DNA of 64,000 bases from Pseudomonadota bacterium (GCA_022566265.1 JADFJG010000005.1:12007-76006), one strand, 5' to 3'; counted from the stretch's first letter, positions 24,674-36,825 are shown. Notes: a model not told the origin generated them from the sequence alone. Numbers and translations are program-made.

Positions 24674-24781
24674 CATAGTTCCTGACGTGACGGGGCTTGC
24701 TTCGGGACGCCGGAACGATCGTCCGACCGTTCCAGTCCCGGCCGCGCCCCAGCGAAGCAAAAAAACAGCGGGGTAACAACC

Positions 24782-25054
24782 ATGGCCGCGGAAAAGACTC
24801 AAAACCTACAGGACGTGTTCTTAAATCACATCCGTAAGAACAAAATCCCGGTAACGGTATTCCTGGTCAACGGCGTGAAGCTGCAAGGGATCATCTCGTG
24901 GTTCGACAATTTTTCGGTGCTGTTGCGCCGCGACAGCCACTCCCAGCTTGTCTACAAGCACGCCATTTCGACCGTCATGCCGGCCGGCCCGATCCAGTTG
25001 TTCGATCCGGACAAGGAAGCGGAAGGAAACGATAAGTCGAAAGAACAAGGCTGA
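24782..25054 (+). CDS. hfq: RNA chaperone Hfq
   Basis: [56 protein letters not shown] is near-canonical Hfq Sm1/Sm2. Confidence 0.95.
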   Translation: MAAEKTQNLQDVFLNHIRKNKIPVTVFLVNGVKLQGIISWFDNFSVLLRRDSHSQLVYKHAISTVMPAGPIQLFDPDKEAEGNDKSKEQG

Positions 25055-25055
25055 T

Positions 25056-26414
25056 TTGTCGAAGAAGGCTGTCAAACGCCAGGCGGATGAGAAGGGTACG
25101 AGGGGCCGGGCGTTGAGCGGTCAGCGCCCGGGCGACGGCGCCAACGCGCGCGCGGGCGTGCTCCATCCCCACATCAAGGGCGCACCGAGTCAGGCGCGCA
25201 CGCCCGAGGCCTGTCTCGCCGAGGCCCGTGGGCTGGCCGAGGCGATCGATCTCCTCGTCGTCCACGCCGAGATCTTCCCTATCAGGTCGCCGCGTTCGGC
25301 GGCCCTATTCGGTTCCGGCCAGGTCGCGATGATCGCCGATTCGGTCAAGGCGCGGGCCATCGCCGTCGTCATCGTCAACGGCGCGCTCACGCCGGTGCAG
25401 CAGCGCAATCTGGAACTGGCCTGGAACTGCAAGGTCATCGACCGCACCGGCCTGATCCTCGAGATCTTCGGCGCCCGCGCGCGCACCCGCGAAGGCCGCT
25501 CCCAGGTCGAACTCGCCGCCCTTTCCTATCAGCGAAGCCGCCTGGTGCGGAGCTGGACCCACCTCGAACGCCAGCGCGGCGGTTTCGGATTCTTCGGTGG
25601 CCCCGGCGAAACTCAGATCGAAACCGACCGGCGCCAGATCGACCAGCGGATTCACCAGCTGCGCGGCGAGCTCGAGGAGGTCAAGCGTACCCGTGGACTG
25701 CACCGCCGGGCGCGCCAATATCCGGTCGTCGCCCTCGTCGGCTACACCAATGCCGGCAAGTCCACCCTGTTCAACCGCTTGACCCAGGCCGAGGTCGTGG
25801 TCGCGGACCAGTTGTTCGCCACCCTCGATCCGACCATGCGGGCCGTCGATCTGCCCACCGGCGCCAAGGTGATCCTGTCGGACACGGTGGGCTTCATCTC
25901 CGCTCTGCCGACCGATCTCATCGCCGCCTTCCGGGCGACGCTGGAGGAGGTCCTGGCCGCCGACATCATCCTTCATGTCCGCGATATCTCCCATGACGAC
26001 AGCGAGGCCCAGAAGCTCGACGTCCATAAGGTATTGTCGGAAATGGGCCTCGACGAGGTGGTGGTCGACGCCGGTCTGATCGAGGCCCTGAACAAGATCG
26101 ATCTGCTGGACGGGGAGGCGCGGGAAAAGGTCCGCAACCAGGCCGCCCGCAACCCCGATACCGTACCGGTCTCGGCCCTGACGGGGGAGGGGACGGATGA
26201 ACTGCTGGCATTGCTCGAGCGGCGTCTCGCGCTTTCGCGCCGTATCGTCGAGTATTCCCTATCGCATGCGGACGGGTCGGCCATCGCCTGGCTGTATGAT
26301 CACGCCGAGGTGTTGAGCCGGAGCGACGACGGCGGTTACGCCCGCTTGCGGGTGGGTATGAAGGAAAGCGATATCGCCCGGTTCGAACGCCGGATTTCCG
26401 AGAAAAGCCACTGA
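25056..26414 (+). CDS. hflX: GTPase HflX
   Basis: HflX N-domain (ERNLELAWNCKVIDRTGLILEIFGARARTREG...WTHLERQRGG) and G-domain (GYTNAGKSTLFN, DTVGF, NKIDL). Probable TTG start immediately after hfq. Confidence 0.8.
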   Translation: MSKKAVKRQADEKGTRGRALSGQRPGDGANARAGVLHPHIKGAPSQARTPEACLAEARGLAEAIDLLVVHAEIFPIRSPRSAALFGSGQVAMIADSVKARAIAVVIVNGALTPVQQRNLELAWNCKVIDRTGLILEIFGARARTREGRSQVELAALSYQRSRLVRSWTHLERQRGGFGFFGGPGETQIETDRRQIDQRIHQLRGELEEVKRTRGLHRRARQYPVVALVGYTNAGKSTLFNRLTQAEVVVADQLFATLDPTMRAVDLPTGAKVILSDTVGFISALPTDLIAAFRATLEEVLAADIILHVRDISHDDSEAQKLDVHKVLSEMGLDEVVVDAGLIEALNKIDLLDGEAREKVRNQAARNPDTVPVSALTGEGTDELLALLERRLALSRRIVEYSLSHADGSAIAWLYDHAEVLSRSDDGGYARLRVGMKESDIARFERRISEKSH

Positions 26415-26446
26415 TATATCAGAATTTTCCCGGTCCCGAGGTCTTG

Positions 26447-26476
26447 CTTGACAGTGGCGGGCAGGCCATATTATAA
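26447..26476 (+). promoter_or_regulatory. Sigma-70-type promoter for groESL (TTGACA-N17-TTATAA)
   Basis: -35 TTGACA at 26447 and -10 TTATAA at 26470, directly upstream of CIRCE. Confidence 0.5.
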
Positions 26477-26477
26477 A

Positions 26478-26504
26478 CTTGGCACTCAACACACTAGAGT
26501 GCTA
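26478..26504 (+). promoter_or_regulatory. CIRCE (HrcA operator) inverted repeat
   Basis: TTGGCACTC-N9-GAGTGCTAA matches the CIRCE consensus TTAGCACTC-N9-GAGTGCTAA, 60 nt upstream of groES. Confidence 0.85.
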
Positions 26505-26565
26505 ACAACTTGGTGAATCCGGGCTCCGGTACGGGGTTCGCCTGGATAAAACTGAATGGAGAGCG

Positions 26566-26856
26566 TTGATGAATCTTAAGCCTTTGCAGGACCGGGTATT
26601 GGTCGAGCCAATGGAGGCGGACGAAAAAACCTCGGGCGGCATCATCATTCCCGACACGGCCAAGGAGAAGCCCATGGAGGGACGCGTCATTGCGGCCGGT
26701 CCGGGCGTTCGCGGCGAAGACGGCAAGCTGCATCCCCTGGACGTGAAGAAGGGAGACCAGATTTTGTACGGCAAATGGTCAGGCACCGAGGTCAAGCTGA
26801 ACGGCGATGACCTCTTGATCATGAAAGAATCCGATATCATGGGAATCATCGAGTAA
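26566..26856 (+). CDS. groES: Co-chaperonin GroES
   Basis: Starts [14 protein letters not shown]; [17 protein letters not shown]; 96 aa. Confidence 0.95.
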   Translation: MMNLKPLQDRVLVEPMEADEKTSGGIIIPDTAKEKPMEGRVIAAGPGVRGEDGKLHPLDVKKGDQILYGKWSGTEVKLNGDDLLIMKESDIMGIIE

Positions 26857-28506
<1,650 letters not shown>

Positions 28507-28527
28507 TCAACCGCAGTTTTTCAGCCC

Positions 28528-28563
28528 TGGGGGCCGCGCCGCGCGCGGCCCCCTTTTTCTTTT
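28528..28563 (+). terminator. Rho-independent terminator after groEL
   Basis: GC hairpin gggggccgcgccgcgcgcggccccc followed by TTTTTCTTTT. Confidence 0.65.
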
Positions 28564-28642
28564 GCCGCTGGTATAAGATGGCGCGCCCGTGATCAGCACC
28601 ATGGGGAGAGCTTTGACGGATAACAAACTTGAGGAACGAGGC

Positions 28643-29518
28643 ATGGCGAACAAGAAAGTGGCCTTCATCGGCCTTGGCGTCATGGGCTTCCCCATGGCCG
28701 GGCATCTCGCCGCCAAGGGGCACGACGTGACCGTCTATAACCGCACCGCGTCGCGGGCAGGCGATTGGACCAAGGCCCATGAGGGCACATCCGCCGGAAC
28801 CCCGGCGGCGGCGGCCGAGGGCGCGGAGATCGTCTTCACTTGTGTCGGCAACGATGAGGATGTGCGCGCCGTCACCCTGGGCGACGACGGCGCGCTCGCC
28901 GGCATGGCGGGCGGCGCCATCCTGGTCGATCACACCACCGCCTCGGCGGGCCTCGCGCGCGAACTCGCGGCCGGGGCCGCGGCCAAGGGCCTGGGCTTCC
29001 TCGACGCGCCGGTCTCGGGCGGCCAGGCGGGGGCGGAGAACGGCATCCTCACCATCATGGTCGGCGGCGAGCCCGACATTTTCGATCGCGCCCGGGATAC
29101 CATGGCCTCCTATGGCCGCGCGGTGACGCTGATGGGCGGCGCCGGATCGGGCCAGCTGACCAAGATGGTCAACCAGATCTGCATCGCCGGACTGGTGCAG
29201 GGGCTGTCGGAGGGACTGAATTTCGCCATGCGCGCCGGGTTGGACGCGCGCCAGGTCATCGACGTCATCTCCAAGGGCGCGGCCCAGTCGTGGCAGATGG
29301 AGAACCGCGGCTACACCATGATCGAGGGCAAGTTCGATTTCGGCTTCGCCGTCAACTGGATGCGCAAGGATCTCGGCATCTGCCTGGCCGAAGCGCACGA
29401 CAACAAGGCGCGCCTGCCGGTGACGGCGCTGATCGACCAGTTCTACGCCCAGGTCCAGCAACGCGGCGGCGAGCGCTGGGACACCTCGAGCCTCTTCCAC
29501 CTGTTGATGGAGAAGTGA
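28643..29518 (+). CDS. NAD(P)-dependent oxidoreductase, 3-hydroxyisobutyrate dehydrogenase family
   Basis: N-terminal Rossmann VAFIGLGVMGFPMAGHL. Length and motifs of the HIBADH/6PGDH-NAD-binding family. RBS GAGGAACGAGG precedes the ATG. Confidence 0.7.
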   Translation: MANKKVAFIGLGVMGFPMAGHLAAKGHDVTVYNRTASRAGDWTKAHEGTSAGTPAAAAEGAEIVFTCVGNDEDVRAVTLGDDGALAGMAGGAILVDHTTASAGLARELAAGAAAKGLGFLDAPVSGGQAGAENGILTIMVGGEPDIFDRARDTMASYGRAVTLMGGAGSGQLTKMVNQICIAGLVQGLSEGLNFAMRAGLDARQVIDVISKGAAQSWQMENRGYTMIEGKFDFGFAVNWMRKDLGICLAEAHDNKARLPVTALIDQFYAQVQQRGGERWDTSSLFHLLMEK

Positions 29519-29538
29519 AGGGAAGGGGGGGCCTTCCT

Positions 29539-30363
29539 TCAGCCCTTCTCCTTTTCCTCGTCCTTGACCCGGTCCCAAAGCGCGTCCATTTCCGCCAATG
29601 ATGAATCCCCCGGTGTCTTGCCGAGCGCGGCGAGCAACGCTTCCACGCGGTGGAAGCGGCGGGTGAACTTGGCGTTGGCGGCGAGGAGCGCCGTCTCCGG
29701 CTCGATGCCGAGCTTGCGGGCGAGGTTGGCGCAGGCGAACAGGAGATCGCCGACTTCCTCGCGCATGGCCTGTTCCGACCCGCCGGCGGCGATCTCGTCC
29801 TCGATTTCGCCGATCTCCTCGGCGATCTTGTCGATGACCATGGCGGCCTCGGGCCAGTCGAAGCCGCCGCGCGCCGCTCGCGCCTGCAGTTTCTTGGCCC
29901 GCATGAGCGCCGGCAACGCCAGGGCGACGCCGTCCAGCAGGCTCACCGGGCGTTCGCCGCCGCCATCGCCGTTCCCGGCGCCCTTTGCCGCCCGTTCGCT
30001 GGCCTTGTGCGCCTCCCAGGCCAGGTTTTGGGCCTCGACCGAGCCGATCTCGGTGTCGGCGAAGACGTGGGGATGGCGCCGCTCCATCTTATCGGCGATG
30101 CCGGTGGCGATATCGTTGAAGTCGAACTGGCCCCGTTCGCTGGCCATCTGGGCGTAGAAGACGACCTGGAACAGGAGATCGCCGAGCTCGTCCTTGAGCG
30201 CCGCGGTGTCGCCCTTGGCGATGGCGTCGGCGACCTCATAGGCCTCCTCGATGGTGTAGGGCGCGATGGTCTCGAAGCTCTGCTCCCGGTCCCACGGGCA
30301 CCCGGTTTCGGGATCGCGGAGCCTGGCCATGATGTCCAGCAATCGCTCGATCGGTTCGCTCAT
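29539..30363 (-). CDS. mazG: Nucleoside triphosphate pyrophosphohydrolase MazG
   Basis: Two MazG repeats (EEAYEVADAI, ELGDLLFQVVFYA and EEIGEIEDEIAAG, EEVGDLLFACANLAR). Confidence 0.8.
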   Translation of the reverse strand: MSEPIERLLDIMARLRDPETGCPWDREQSFETIAPYTIEEAYEVADAIAKGDTAALKDELGDLLFQVVFYAQMASERGQFDFNDIATGIADKMERRHPHVFADTEIGSVEAQNLAWEAHKASERAAKGAGNGDGGGERPVSLLDGVALALPALMRAKKLQARAARGGFDWPEAAMVIDKIAEEIGEIEDEIAAGGSEQAMREEVGDLLFACANLARKLGIEPETALLAANAKFTRRFHRVEALLAALGKTPGDSSLAEMDALWDRVKDEEKEKG

Positions 30364-30536
30364 GAAGCCTCCTTGGCGTCGCGGGGGGTATCGCCAGACA
30401 CTGACGCCGGGTGGGGGAAGTCCGGGCGGCCGGGGAAGGGCGCCTGTCCACAAACTAACAATTATCGCATAATGTATATTATGGAAAATTAATGGTCTAT
30501 TTTTGATATCAGTTGGTTCCCACGTTATCTTAATGC

Positions 30537-31316
30537 TCAAACTTCAAGGATGAGCCCGTCATGGGCCGGTTCCACCCCTTCCGGCAGCCGTGCCGCCAGT
30601 TCCTCATAATCCATATGGAAACCGAGATGTGTCAACACCGCGCGCTCGGGTTTGACGCGGGCGATCCATTCGAGAACCCGATCGAGATGGGCGTGGGTCG
30701 GATGGGGTTCGTAGCGCAAACAGCCGACGATCCAGAGCTTTACCCCGGTTAGCGCCGCGAAAGCCGCATCCGGCAGATCGACGGCATCGGTGGTATAGGC
30801 GGCGTCGGCGAAGCGAAAGCCGAGGGTACGCGTGAAGCCGTGATCCTGGTCGAACGGTTCGATCTTGAGCGCGCCGACCGTGAAAACGCCGCCCGGGGCG
30901 ATCTCATGGGGCGTCAGGCAGGGCTTGTAAAAGGCGAACTCGTCTTGAACTTTCCTTTCCGGTTCAAAGACATATCCAAATCTCTTGCGAAAACCGTTCA
31001 GCGTCCCGGCATCGGCGTAAAGGTCGATCCATTGGCGCTGGAGCCGGTTGAGCGCGCGGAGCTCATCGATACCGTGGACGTGATCGGCGTGACCGTGGGT
31101 GTAGATCACCCCGTCCAGCCGGCTGACATCGGCGTCGAGCAACTGTTGGCGGAGATCGGGCGAGGTATCGACGAGGATCGCCGTCTCGCCGTCCTCGACC
31201 AGGATCGAGGCCCGCCGGCGCCGATTGCGGGGGTTCTGGGGATCGCACGCCCCCCACTGGCCGCCGATCATCGGCACGCCCCCCGCCGCGCCGCAGCCGA
31301 GGATGGTGATGCGCAT
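30537..31316 (-). CDS. MBL-fold metallo-hydrolase
   Basis: HxHxDH motif YTHGHADHVHG plus downstream His/Asp ligands; 259 aa. Confidence 0.7.
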   Translation of the reverse strand: MRITILGCGAAGGVPMIGGQWGACDPQNPRNRRRRASILVEDGETAILVDTSPDLRQQLLDADVSRLDGVIYTHGHADHVHGIDELRALNRLQRQWIDLYADAGTLNGFRKRFGYVFEPERKVQDEFAFYKPCLTPHEIAPGGVFTVGALKIEPFDQDHGFTRTLGFRFADAAYTTDAVDLPDAAFAALTGVKLWIVGCLRYEPHPTHAHLDRVLEWIARVKPERAVLTHLGFHMDYEELAARLPEGVEPAHDGLILEV

Positions 31317-31351
31317 GAGCTAAGCCCCCTTCCCCGCGAACGCGCCGGCGC

Positions 31352-32143
31352 TTAGGCCGCGGGCGCCTTGGCCTTGGTGAACAGGCGAAAGAAATTCGCC
31401 GTCGTCTGTTCGGCCAGGGCGTCTGGCGTCATGCCGCGAAGCTGGGCCAAGAAGGCGGCGGTGTGGGCGAGATAAGCCGGCTCGTTGCGCTTGCCGCGTT
31501 TGGGCACCGGCGCCAGATAAGGGGCGTCGGTCTCGACCAGCAGCCGGTCTGCCGGCACCGCGCCGGCGATTTCGCGGACGGCGTCGGCGTTCTTGAAGGT
31601 CAAGATGCCGGAAAAGGAGATATAGAAGCCGAGCCCGACCGCCGCGTCCGCCAGCCCGCGCCCGGCGCTGAAACAATGCATGACGGCGCCGAACGCGCCC
31701 TTCTCATGCTCTTCGGCGAGGATCTCGATGGTGTCGCCGTCGGCGTCGCGGCTGTGGACGATCAGCGGCAGTCCGGTCTCGCGCGCGGCTCCGATGTGGG
31801 CGCGAAAGCTCACTTGCTGCGCCGCCCTCGGGGCGTTGTCGTAATGGTAATCGAGCCCGGTCTCGCCGATGCCGATGACCTTGTCGTCGGCCGCCAACGC
31901 CGCCAGGCGTTCGGGGCCGGTGTCCTTTTCCCCCTCCGCGCCGGCCTCGTGGGGGTGGGTGCCGACGGTGCAATAGATATTGTCATGGGCCGAGGCGATG
32001 GCGAGGACCCGATCGAACCGCGCGATCTCGGTGCCGATGGTCACCATGGCGCCGACGCCGGCCCTCCCGGCCCTGGCGATCACGTCTTCGATCTCGTCCT
32101 CGAAGTCCGGGAAATCGAGATGGCAGTGACTGTCAACCAGCAT
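31352..32143 (-). CDS. tatD: TatD family deoxyribonuclease
   Basis: Starts MLVDSHCHLDFPDF; ETGLDYHY; GFYISFSGILTFKNA; LVETDAPYLAPVP. Confidence 0.8.
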   Translation of the reverse strand: MLVDSHCHLDFPDFEDEIEDVIARAGRAGVGAMVTIGTEIARFDRVLAIASAHDNIYCTVGTHPHEAGAEGEKDTGPERLAALAADDKVIGIGETGLDYHYDNAPRAAQQVSFRAHIGAARETGLPLIVHSRDADGDTIEILAEEHEKGAFGAVMHCFSAGRGLADAAVGLGFYISFSGILTFKNADAVREIAGAVPADRLLVETDAPYLAPVPKRGKRNEPAYLAHTAAFLAQLRGMTPDALAEQTTANFFRLFTKAKAPAA

Positions 32144-32153
32144 CCGCCTTTCC

Positions 32154-33701
32154 CTAACCATCCACCACGAACCGCGGGAATACACCCTCGGGCTTCGGCA
32201 ATGGCGTGCCCGGCGTCAGCGCGTGATCGGGCGAGAGATGGGCGAAGGTGCGGGCGTCTTCCGCCACCGCCAGTTGGTCGAGCATGCGGGCGCCGGCGCC
32301 CGGCATCACCGGCTGGGCGAGGATGGCGAGGTGGCGGATGGTCTCGGCGACGACGTAGAGCACCGTCGCCATGCGCGCCGGATCGGATTTCCTCAGCGCC
32401 CAGGGGGCCATCTCGTCGATATAGCGGTTGGCGTCGCCGATCACGACCCACATGGCGATCAGCGCCTTGTGGAAGCTCTGCGCCGCGAACAGGGCGCGCA
32501 TCTCGCCGAGCAAACCGCCGGCGGCGGCGAGGAGCTTCTTGTCGGCGGCGGTGAACTCGCCGGGCTCGGGCATCCGCGCCTCGCAGTTCTTGTTGATCAT
32601 CGAGAGGGAGCGCTGGGCGAGGTTGCCGAAATCGTTGGCCAGGTCGCCGTCGATGCGCCCGATCATGGCGCGGTGGGAAAAATCGCCGTCATTGCCGAAC
32701 GGCACCTCGCGCAGCAGGAAATAGCGCACCTGATCGAGGCCGTAGCGCGCCGTCAGTTCCAGGGGATCGATGATGTTGCCCAGGGATTTCGAGATCTTCT
32801 TGCCCTCGTTGGTCCACCAGCCATGGGCGAAGACGCGCTTGGGCGGGGCGACGCCGGCGGCCAACAGGAAGGCCGGCCAGTAGACGGCGTGGAAGCGCAA
32901 GATGTCCTTGCCGACCATGTGCAGATCGGCGGGCCAAAACGTCGTGAAGCCGTCCGATCCGCTGTCGGGATAACCGACGGCCGTCATATAGTTGGTCAGC
33001 GCGTCCAACCACACATACATGACGTGATCGGCATCGTCCGGCACCGGGATGCCCCAGCGGAAACTGGTGCGCGACACCGAGAGGTCCAGGAGCCCACCCT
33101 TGACGAAGCTGATGACCTCGTTGCGCCGGGTCGGGGGCGCGACGAAATCCGGGTTCTCGTCGTAGAAGCGAAGCAGCCGGTCCTGCCATTCCGATAGCTT
33201 GAAGAAATAACTCGGCTCCTCCACCCACTCGACCTCGGCGCCGCTCGGCGCGATCCTCGACCCGTCGGGCCCCTGGGTGAGCTCGCTCTCGGTATAGAAG
33301 GCCTCGTCGCGGATCGAATACCACCCGGCATAGGTGCCGAGATAGATCTGGTCCCGCGCCTTGAGTTCCCGCCACAGGGCCTGGACGGCGGCGCGGTGGC
33401 GGGGCTCGGTGGTGCGGATGAAGTCGTCGTTGGTGAAGCCCATCGTTTTGGTGAGGATGCGGAAGTTCTCCGAGTTCATGTCGACGAAGGCCTGGGTCTC
33501 CATGCCGGCGGCCTGGGCCGCCTTCTCCATCTTCTGGCCGTGTTCGTCGGTGCCGGTGAGGAACTTGACGTTCCTGCCGTCGAGGCGCATGAAGCGGGCC
33601 AGCGCGTCACAGGCGAGGCTGGTGTAGGCGTGACCGATATGGGGCTTGTCGTTGACGTAATAGATCGGCGTCGTCACGTAATAGGGCGTCGATCCGGACA
33701 T
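32154..33701 (-). CDS. metG: Methionine--tRNA ligase
   Basis: HIGH motif PIYYVNDKPHIGHAYTS and KMSKS motif KISKSLGN; 515 aa core MetRS without a C-terminal extension. Confidence 0.9.
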   Translation of the reverse strand: MSGSTPYYVTTPIYYVNDKPHIGHAYTSLACDALARFMRLDGRNVKFLTGTDEHGQKMEKAAQAAGMETQAFVDMNSENFRILTKTMGFTNDDFIRTTEPRHRAAVQALWRELKARDQIYLGTYAGWYSIRDEAFYTESELTQGPDGSRIAPSGAEVEWVEEPSYFFKLSEWQDRLLRFYDENPDFVAPPTRRNEVISFVKGGLLDLSVSRTSFRWGIPVPDDADHVMYVWLDALTNYMTAVGYPDSGSDGFTTFWPADLHMVGKDILRFHAVYWPAFLLAAGVAPPKRVFAHGWWTNEGKKISKSLGNIIDPLELTARYGLDQVRYFLLREVPFGNDGDFSHRAMIGRIDGDLANDFGNLAQRSLSMINKNCEARMPEPGEFTAADKKLLAAAGGLLGEMRALFAAQSFHKALIAMWVVIGDANRYIDEMAPWALRKSDPARMATVLYVVAETIRHLAILAQPVMPGAGARMLDQLAVAEDARTFAHLSPDHALTPGTPLPKPEGVFPRFVVDG

Positions 33702-33745
33702 CGGGATTACCTCGAGGCGGGGTTCGGGCGGCGGACCCGTAAGTT

Positions 33746-34834
33746 TCAGGCGCGCATGTCGCTCTGAACGGTCAGGAAGGCGTTCAGCAACACTTGCTTG
33801 TGGTCAAGCTTGATGCTGTCCGCCCGGTCGAACAGGTGGCTGGTCTTCTCCCATACCCCGACCCATTGATCAAGGCCGCGAAGGGAGATCAGCCGCGCCA
33901 TCAGGGCGCCTTCGCCCGGCACGATCTCCGGCGGCAGGACGCCGAGCGCGCCGGCGCGCACCAGGCGGGCGAACCACCATTGCGTCAATTCGGTGAAAGT
34001 GTGAAAGCCCGCCTCGTTGCCGCTCCGTCCGAGCCTGTCGCCGAGACCGTGCAGGGCCTTGACGTCGAGCTCGGGCAACGGCGTCAGCAGGCCGATGAGT
34101 TCACGGTAAAGCTCGATTCCCCCTTCCTCGGCGAGGGCAAGCGCCTTGCCGGGACTGCCCTCGGCGATCCGCGCCAACGCCGTCGCCTCGCCGGCGTCGA
34201 GGCCGGGCCGGAAGCGGTGAAGGAGCCCGGTGACGTCCTCCTCCGCCAGCGGCCTTAGCGGCAGATGACGGCAGCGCGAGCGGATGGTCGCCAGCAGCCT
34301 GCCCGGCGCGTGGCTCACCAGCAGCAGCACCGAGCGCCTGGGCGGTTCCTCCAGCGCCTTGAGCACGGCGTTGGCGGCGTTGCGGTTCATGTCCTCGGCG
34401 CCGTCGATGACGACCACCCGCCAGCCGCCCTCGGCCGCCGTCAGGCTGAGGAAGGCGCCGATGCCGCGGACCTCGCCGATGACGATCTCGCCGCGCATCT
34501 TCTTGCGCTCCCGGTCGTAGCCCCGCGCCAGGGACTTGAGGTCGCCGTGGGCGCCGGCGGCGATTCGCCTGAACACCGGATGTTCGGGCGCGACGTAAAG
34601 GCCGTCGGGCGCGCCGCCGAACAAGTCCCCCTCGCCGCCACCGGCAAGCACGAAACGGGCGAAGCGATAAGCGAGCGTCGCCTTGCCGATGCCGCGCATC
34701 CCGGTTATCAGCCAGGCGTGGTGCAGCCGGTTGGCGCCATAGGCCCCGAGCAGCGCGCCCTCGGCCTCGCCATGGCCGATGAGGTCGGCATTGGCGTTGG
34801 GTTCCGGTACCGGTGTGGTTTCGGCGTCGTTCAT
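33746..34834 (-). CDS. holB: DNA polymerase III delta prime subunit
   Basis: AAA+ clamp-loader fold with GMRGIGKATLAYRFARFVL and SRC motif TIRSRCRHLPLRPL. Confidence 0.75.
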   Translation of the reverse strand: MNDAETTPVPEPNANADLIGHGEAEGALLGAYGANRLHHAWLITGMRGIGKATLAYRFARFVLAGGGEGDLFGGAPDGLYVAPEHPVFRRIAAGAHGDLKSLARGYDRERKKMRGEIVIGEVRGIGAFLSLTAAEGGWRVVVIDGAEDMNRNAANAVLKALEEPPRRSVLLLVSHAPGRLLATIRSRCRHLPLRPLAEEDVTGLLHRFRPGLDAGEATALARIAEGSPGKALALAEEGGIELYRELIGLLTPLPELDVKALHGLGDRLGRSGNEAGFHTFTELTQWWFARLVRAGALGVLPPEIVPGEGALMARLISLRGLDQWVGVWEKTSHLFDRADSIKLDHKQVLLNAFLTVQSDMRA

Positions 34835-35484
34835 CAAAATTCGACCCCCAGGCGCTCGCCGACGGTGGCGAGGATCTTCGCCTCGACCTCCTCTATAGCG
34901 CCATCGGCTTCGATGACGGCGCATCTTTCGGGTTCGCGCCGGGCGATGTCGAGATACCCCTCGCGCAGGCGGCGGTGGAACGCCTGGTCCATGCGCTCGT
35001 AGCGGTCCTCGCCGGTCTGCCCGCCCCGGCTGCGCTCGAGACCGAGCTCCGGCGCGAGGTCGAGGATGATGGTGAGATCAGGGGCGAAAGTGCCGACGAC
35101 GATGCGATAAAGCGCTTCCACCGCCTGGCGTTCGACGCCCAGCCCGTAGCCCTGATAGGCCATGGTGGAATCGGCGAAGCGATCGGAGATCACCCACTGG
35201 CCACCAGCGATCGCCGGCAGCACCGTTCGCTCGAGATGCTCGCGCCTGGCGGCGAAATGAAGCAACGCCTCGCTTATCGCATCCCAGCGCCCCGGCGCGC
35301 CCGCGACCAGCAGCTTGCGGATTTCCTCGGCGCCGGGCGCGCCGCCGGGCTCGCGCGTCACCAGCGCATCGATGCCGGCGCCCTCGAGATGGCCGGCCAG
35401 CAGCAGGGCCTGGGTCGACTTGCCGGTCCCCTCCCCGCCTTCGAGGGTGATGAATTTTCCGCCGTTCGATGTGCCTGAGGCCAA
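34834..35484 (-). CDS. tmk: Thymidylate kinase
   Basis: Probable TTG start with AGGAGA RBS. FITLEGGEGTGKSTQ P-loop and DRY motif DRFADSTMAYQG. The 517-aa track ORF is a read-through artefact. Confidence 0.8.
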   Translation of the reverse strand: MASGTSNGGKFITLEGGEGTGKSTQALLLAGHLEGAGIDALVTREPGGAPGAEEIRKLLVAGAPGRWDAISEALLHFAARREHLERTVLPAIAGGQWVISDRFADSTMAYQGYGLGVERQAVEALYRIVVGTFAPDLTIILDLAPELGLERSRGGQTGEDRYERMDQAFHRRLREGYLDIARREPERCAVIEADGAIEEVEAKILATVGERLGVEF

Positions 35485-35510
35485 GCTTTCGCTCTCCTGG
35501 GATCTCGTTC

Positions 35511-36677
35511 CTAACGCTGGCGGCCCCAAAGCAAATATTGGATGGCAGCCGAGATCCGGCCGAGGAAGCCGAGGCGGCGGACCTCCGCGCCGGCCATGAG
35601 CGGCACCACCAAATCGTCGAGCCCCGGCGCGGTGATCACCAGCTTGGCGATTTCCGCGCCGTCGGTTATCGGCGCCGGTATCGGGGCGGTGTACACCACC
35701 TTGACCTTGGCCGTGCGCCGGGCGCGTTTCGGCAGGGTCAGCACCAGATCCTGCTCGAGGATGAGGGGCACCTTCGCTTCCGTTCCAAGCCAGACGTTCG
35801 CCTCGTCGACGGTTTCGCCGGCGCGGAACAGGGCGAAGTTGGCGAACTCGCGGAATCCCCATTCGATCAGCCGTTGGGATTCGTTGGCGCGGGACTGGGC
35901 GTTCTCGATCCCGTTCACCACCAGGATCAGGCGTCGTCCGTCGCGTATCACCGAAGCGGCGAGGCCAAAGCCGCCGGCCTCGGTATGCCCGGTCTTGAGG
36001 CCGTCGGCGCCCATATTGCGGTAGATCAGCGGATTGCGGTTGCCCTGGCGGATGCCGCTGAAAGTGAAGCTGGTCTCGGCGTAGTAATGATAGTAGTCGG
36101 GGAAATCGTCGATCGTGCGCTTGGAGAGTAACGCGATGTCGCGCGCGGTCATGTAGTGGCCCTCCTCGGGCCAGCCCGAGGCGTTCCTGAAAACACTGTT
36201 CTCGAGACCGATTTCCCGCCCCTTCTTGGTCATCTCGGTGGCGAACGCCTCTTCCGTGCCACTGAGGCCTTCGGCGACGACGATGGTGGCGTCGTTGCCC
36301 GACTGGACGATGATGCCGCGCAACAGATCCTCGACGCGCACCGATTTGCCGACCAGCACGTACATCTTGGAGCCGCCCTTGCGCCATGCCTTCTTACTGA
36401 CGGGGAGCTTGTCGTCGAGCGTGAGGCTGCCGTTCTTGAGGCGCTCGAACACCATATAAACGGTCATCAGTTTGCTCATGGAGGACGGCGGCATGGTGTC
36501 GTCGGCGTTCTTTTCGAGCAGCACGGTGCCGGTCTGGGCATCCATCAGGATGGCCTGTTTGGCGATGGTCTCGAGTGCCGCCGCCGGCGCCGCCACGAGG
36601 TACAGGAACAGGGCGGCCGGAGCCAGCGATCCCAGGCGCCAGCCCGGAGTATATGCTCTCGTTCCGGATAGGCTCAT
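35511..36677 (-). CDS. D-alanyl-D-alanine carboxypeptidase (S11, PBP5/6-like)
   Basis: Signal peptide, SxxK motif SMSKLMT, SGN, KTG; 388 aa. Confidence 0.8.
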   Translation of the reverse strand: MSLSGTRAYTPGWRLGSLAPAALFLYLVAAPAAALETIAKQAILMDAQTGTVLLEKNADDTMPPSSMSKLMTVYMVFERLKNGSLTLDDKLPVSKKAWRKGGSKMYVLVGKSVRVEDLLRGIIVQSGNDATIVVAEGLSGTEEAFATEMTKKGREIGLENSVFRNASGWPEEGHYMTARDIALLSKRTIDDFPDYYHYYAETSFTFSGIRQGNRNPLIYRNMGADGLKTGHTEAGGFGLAASVIRDGRRLILVVNGIENAQSRANESQRLIEWGFREFANFALFRAGETVDEANVWLGTEAKVPLILEQDLVLTLPKRARRTAKVKVVYTAPIPAPITDGAEIAKLVITAPGLDDLVVPLMAGAEVRRLGFLGRISAAIQYLLWGRQR

Positions 36678-36825
36678 ATCTCGACTCTTTATCAATTTTT
36701 CGGCTCGATGCAGGGGTCTTTCGACCGGCGGCCCGGGCAAAATCCCCGGGCCTGGGTTCAAGGACCTTTGGTATTAATCGTTAAATGTGCGGAAATTATG
36801 CCGCCATCCCGGTTCGCGCCGTTCA

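Noticed and set aside
34834-36387. 517-aa ORF joining tmk to upstream sequence (similarly 50602..52443, a 613-aa read-through of coxE into the coxD region)
   Set aside because: Thymidylate kinase homology begins at the TTG at 35484 with a good RBS. The N-terminal extension is a high-GC read-through overlapping dacC or coxD in another frame.
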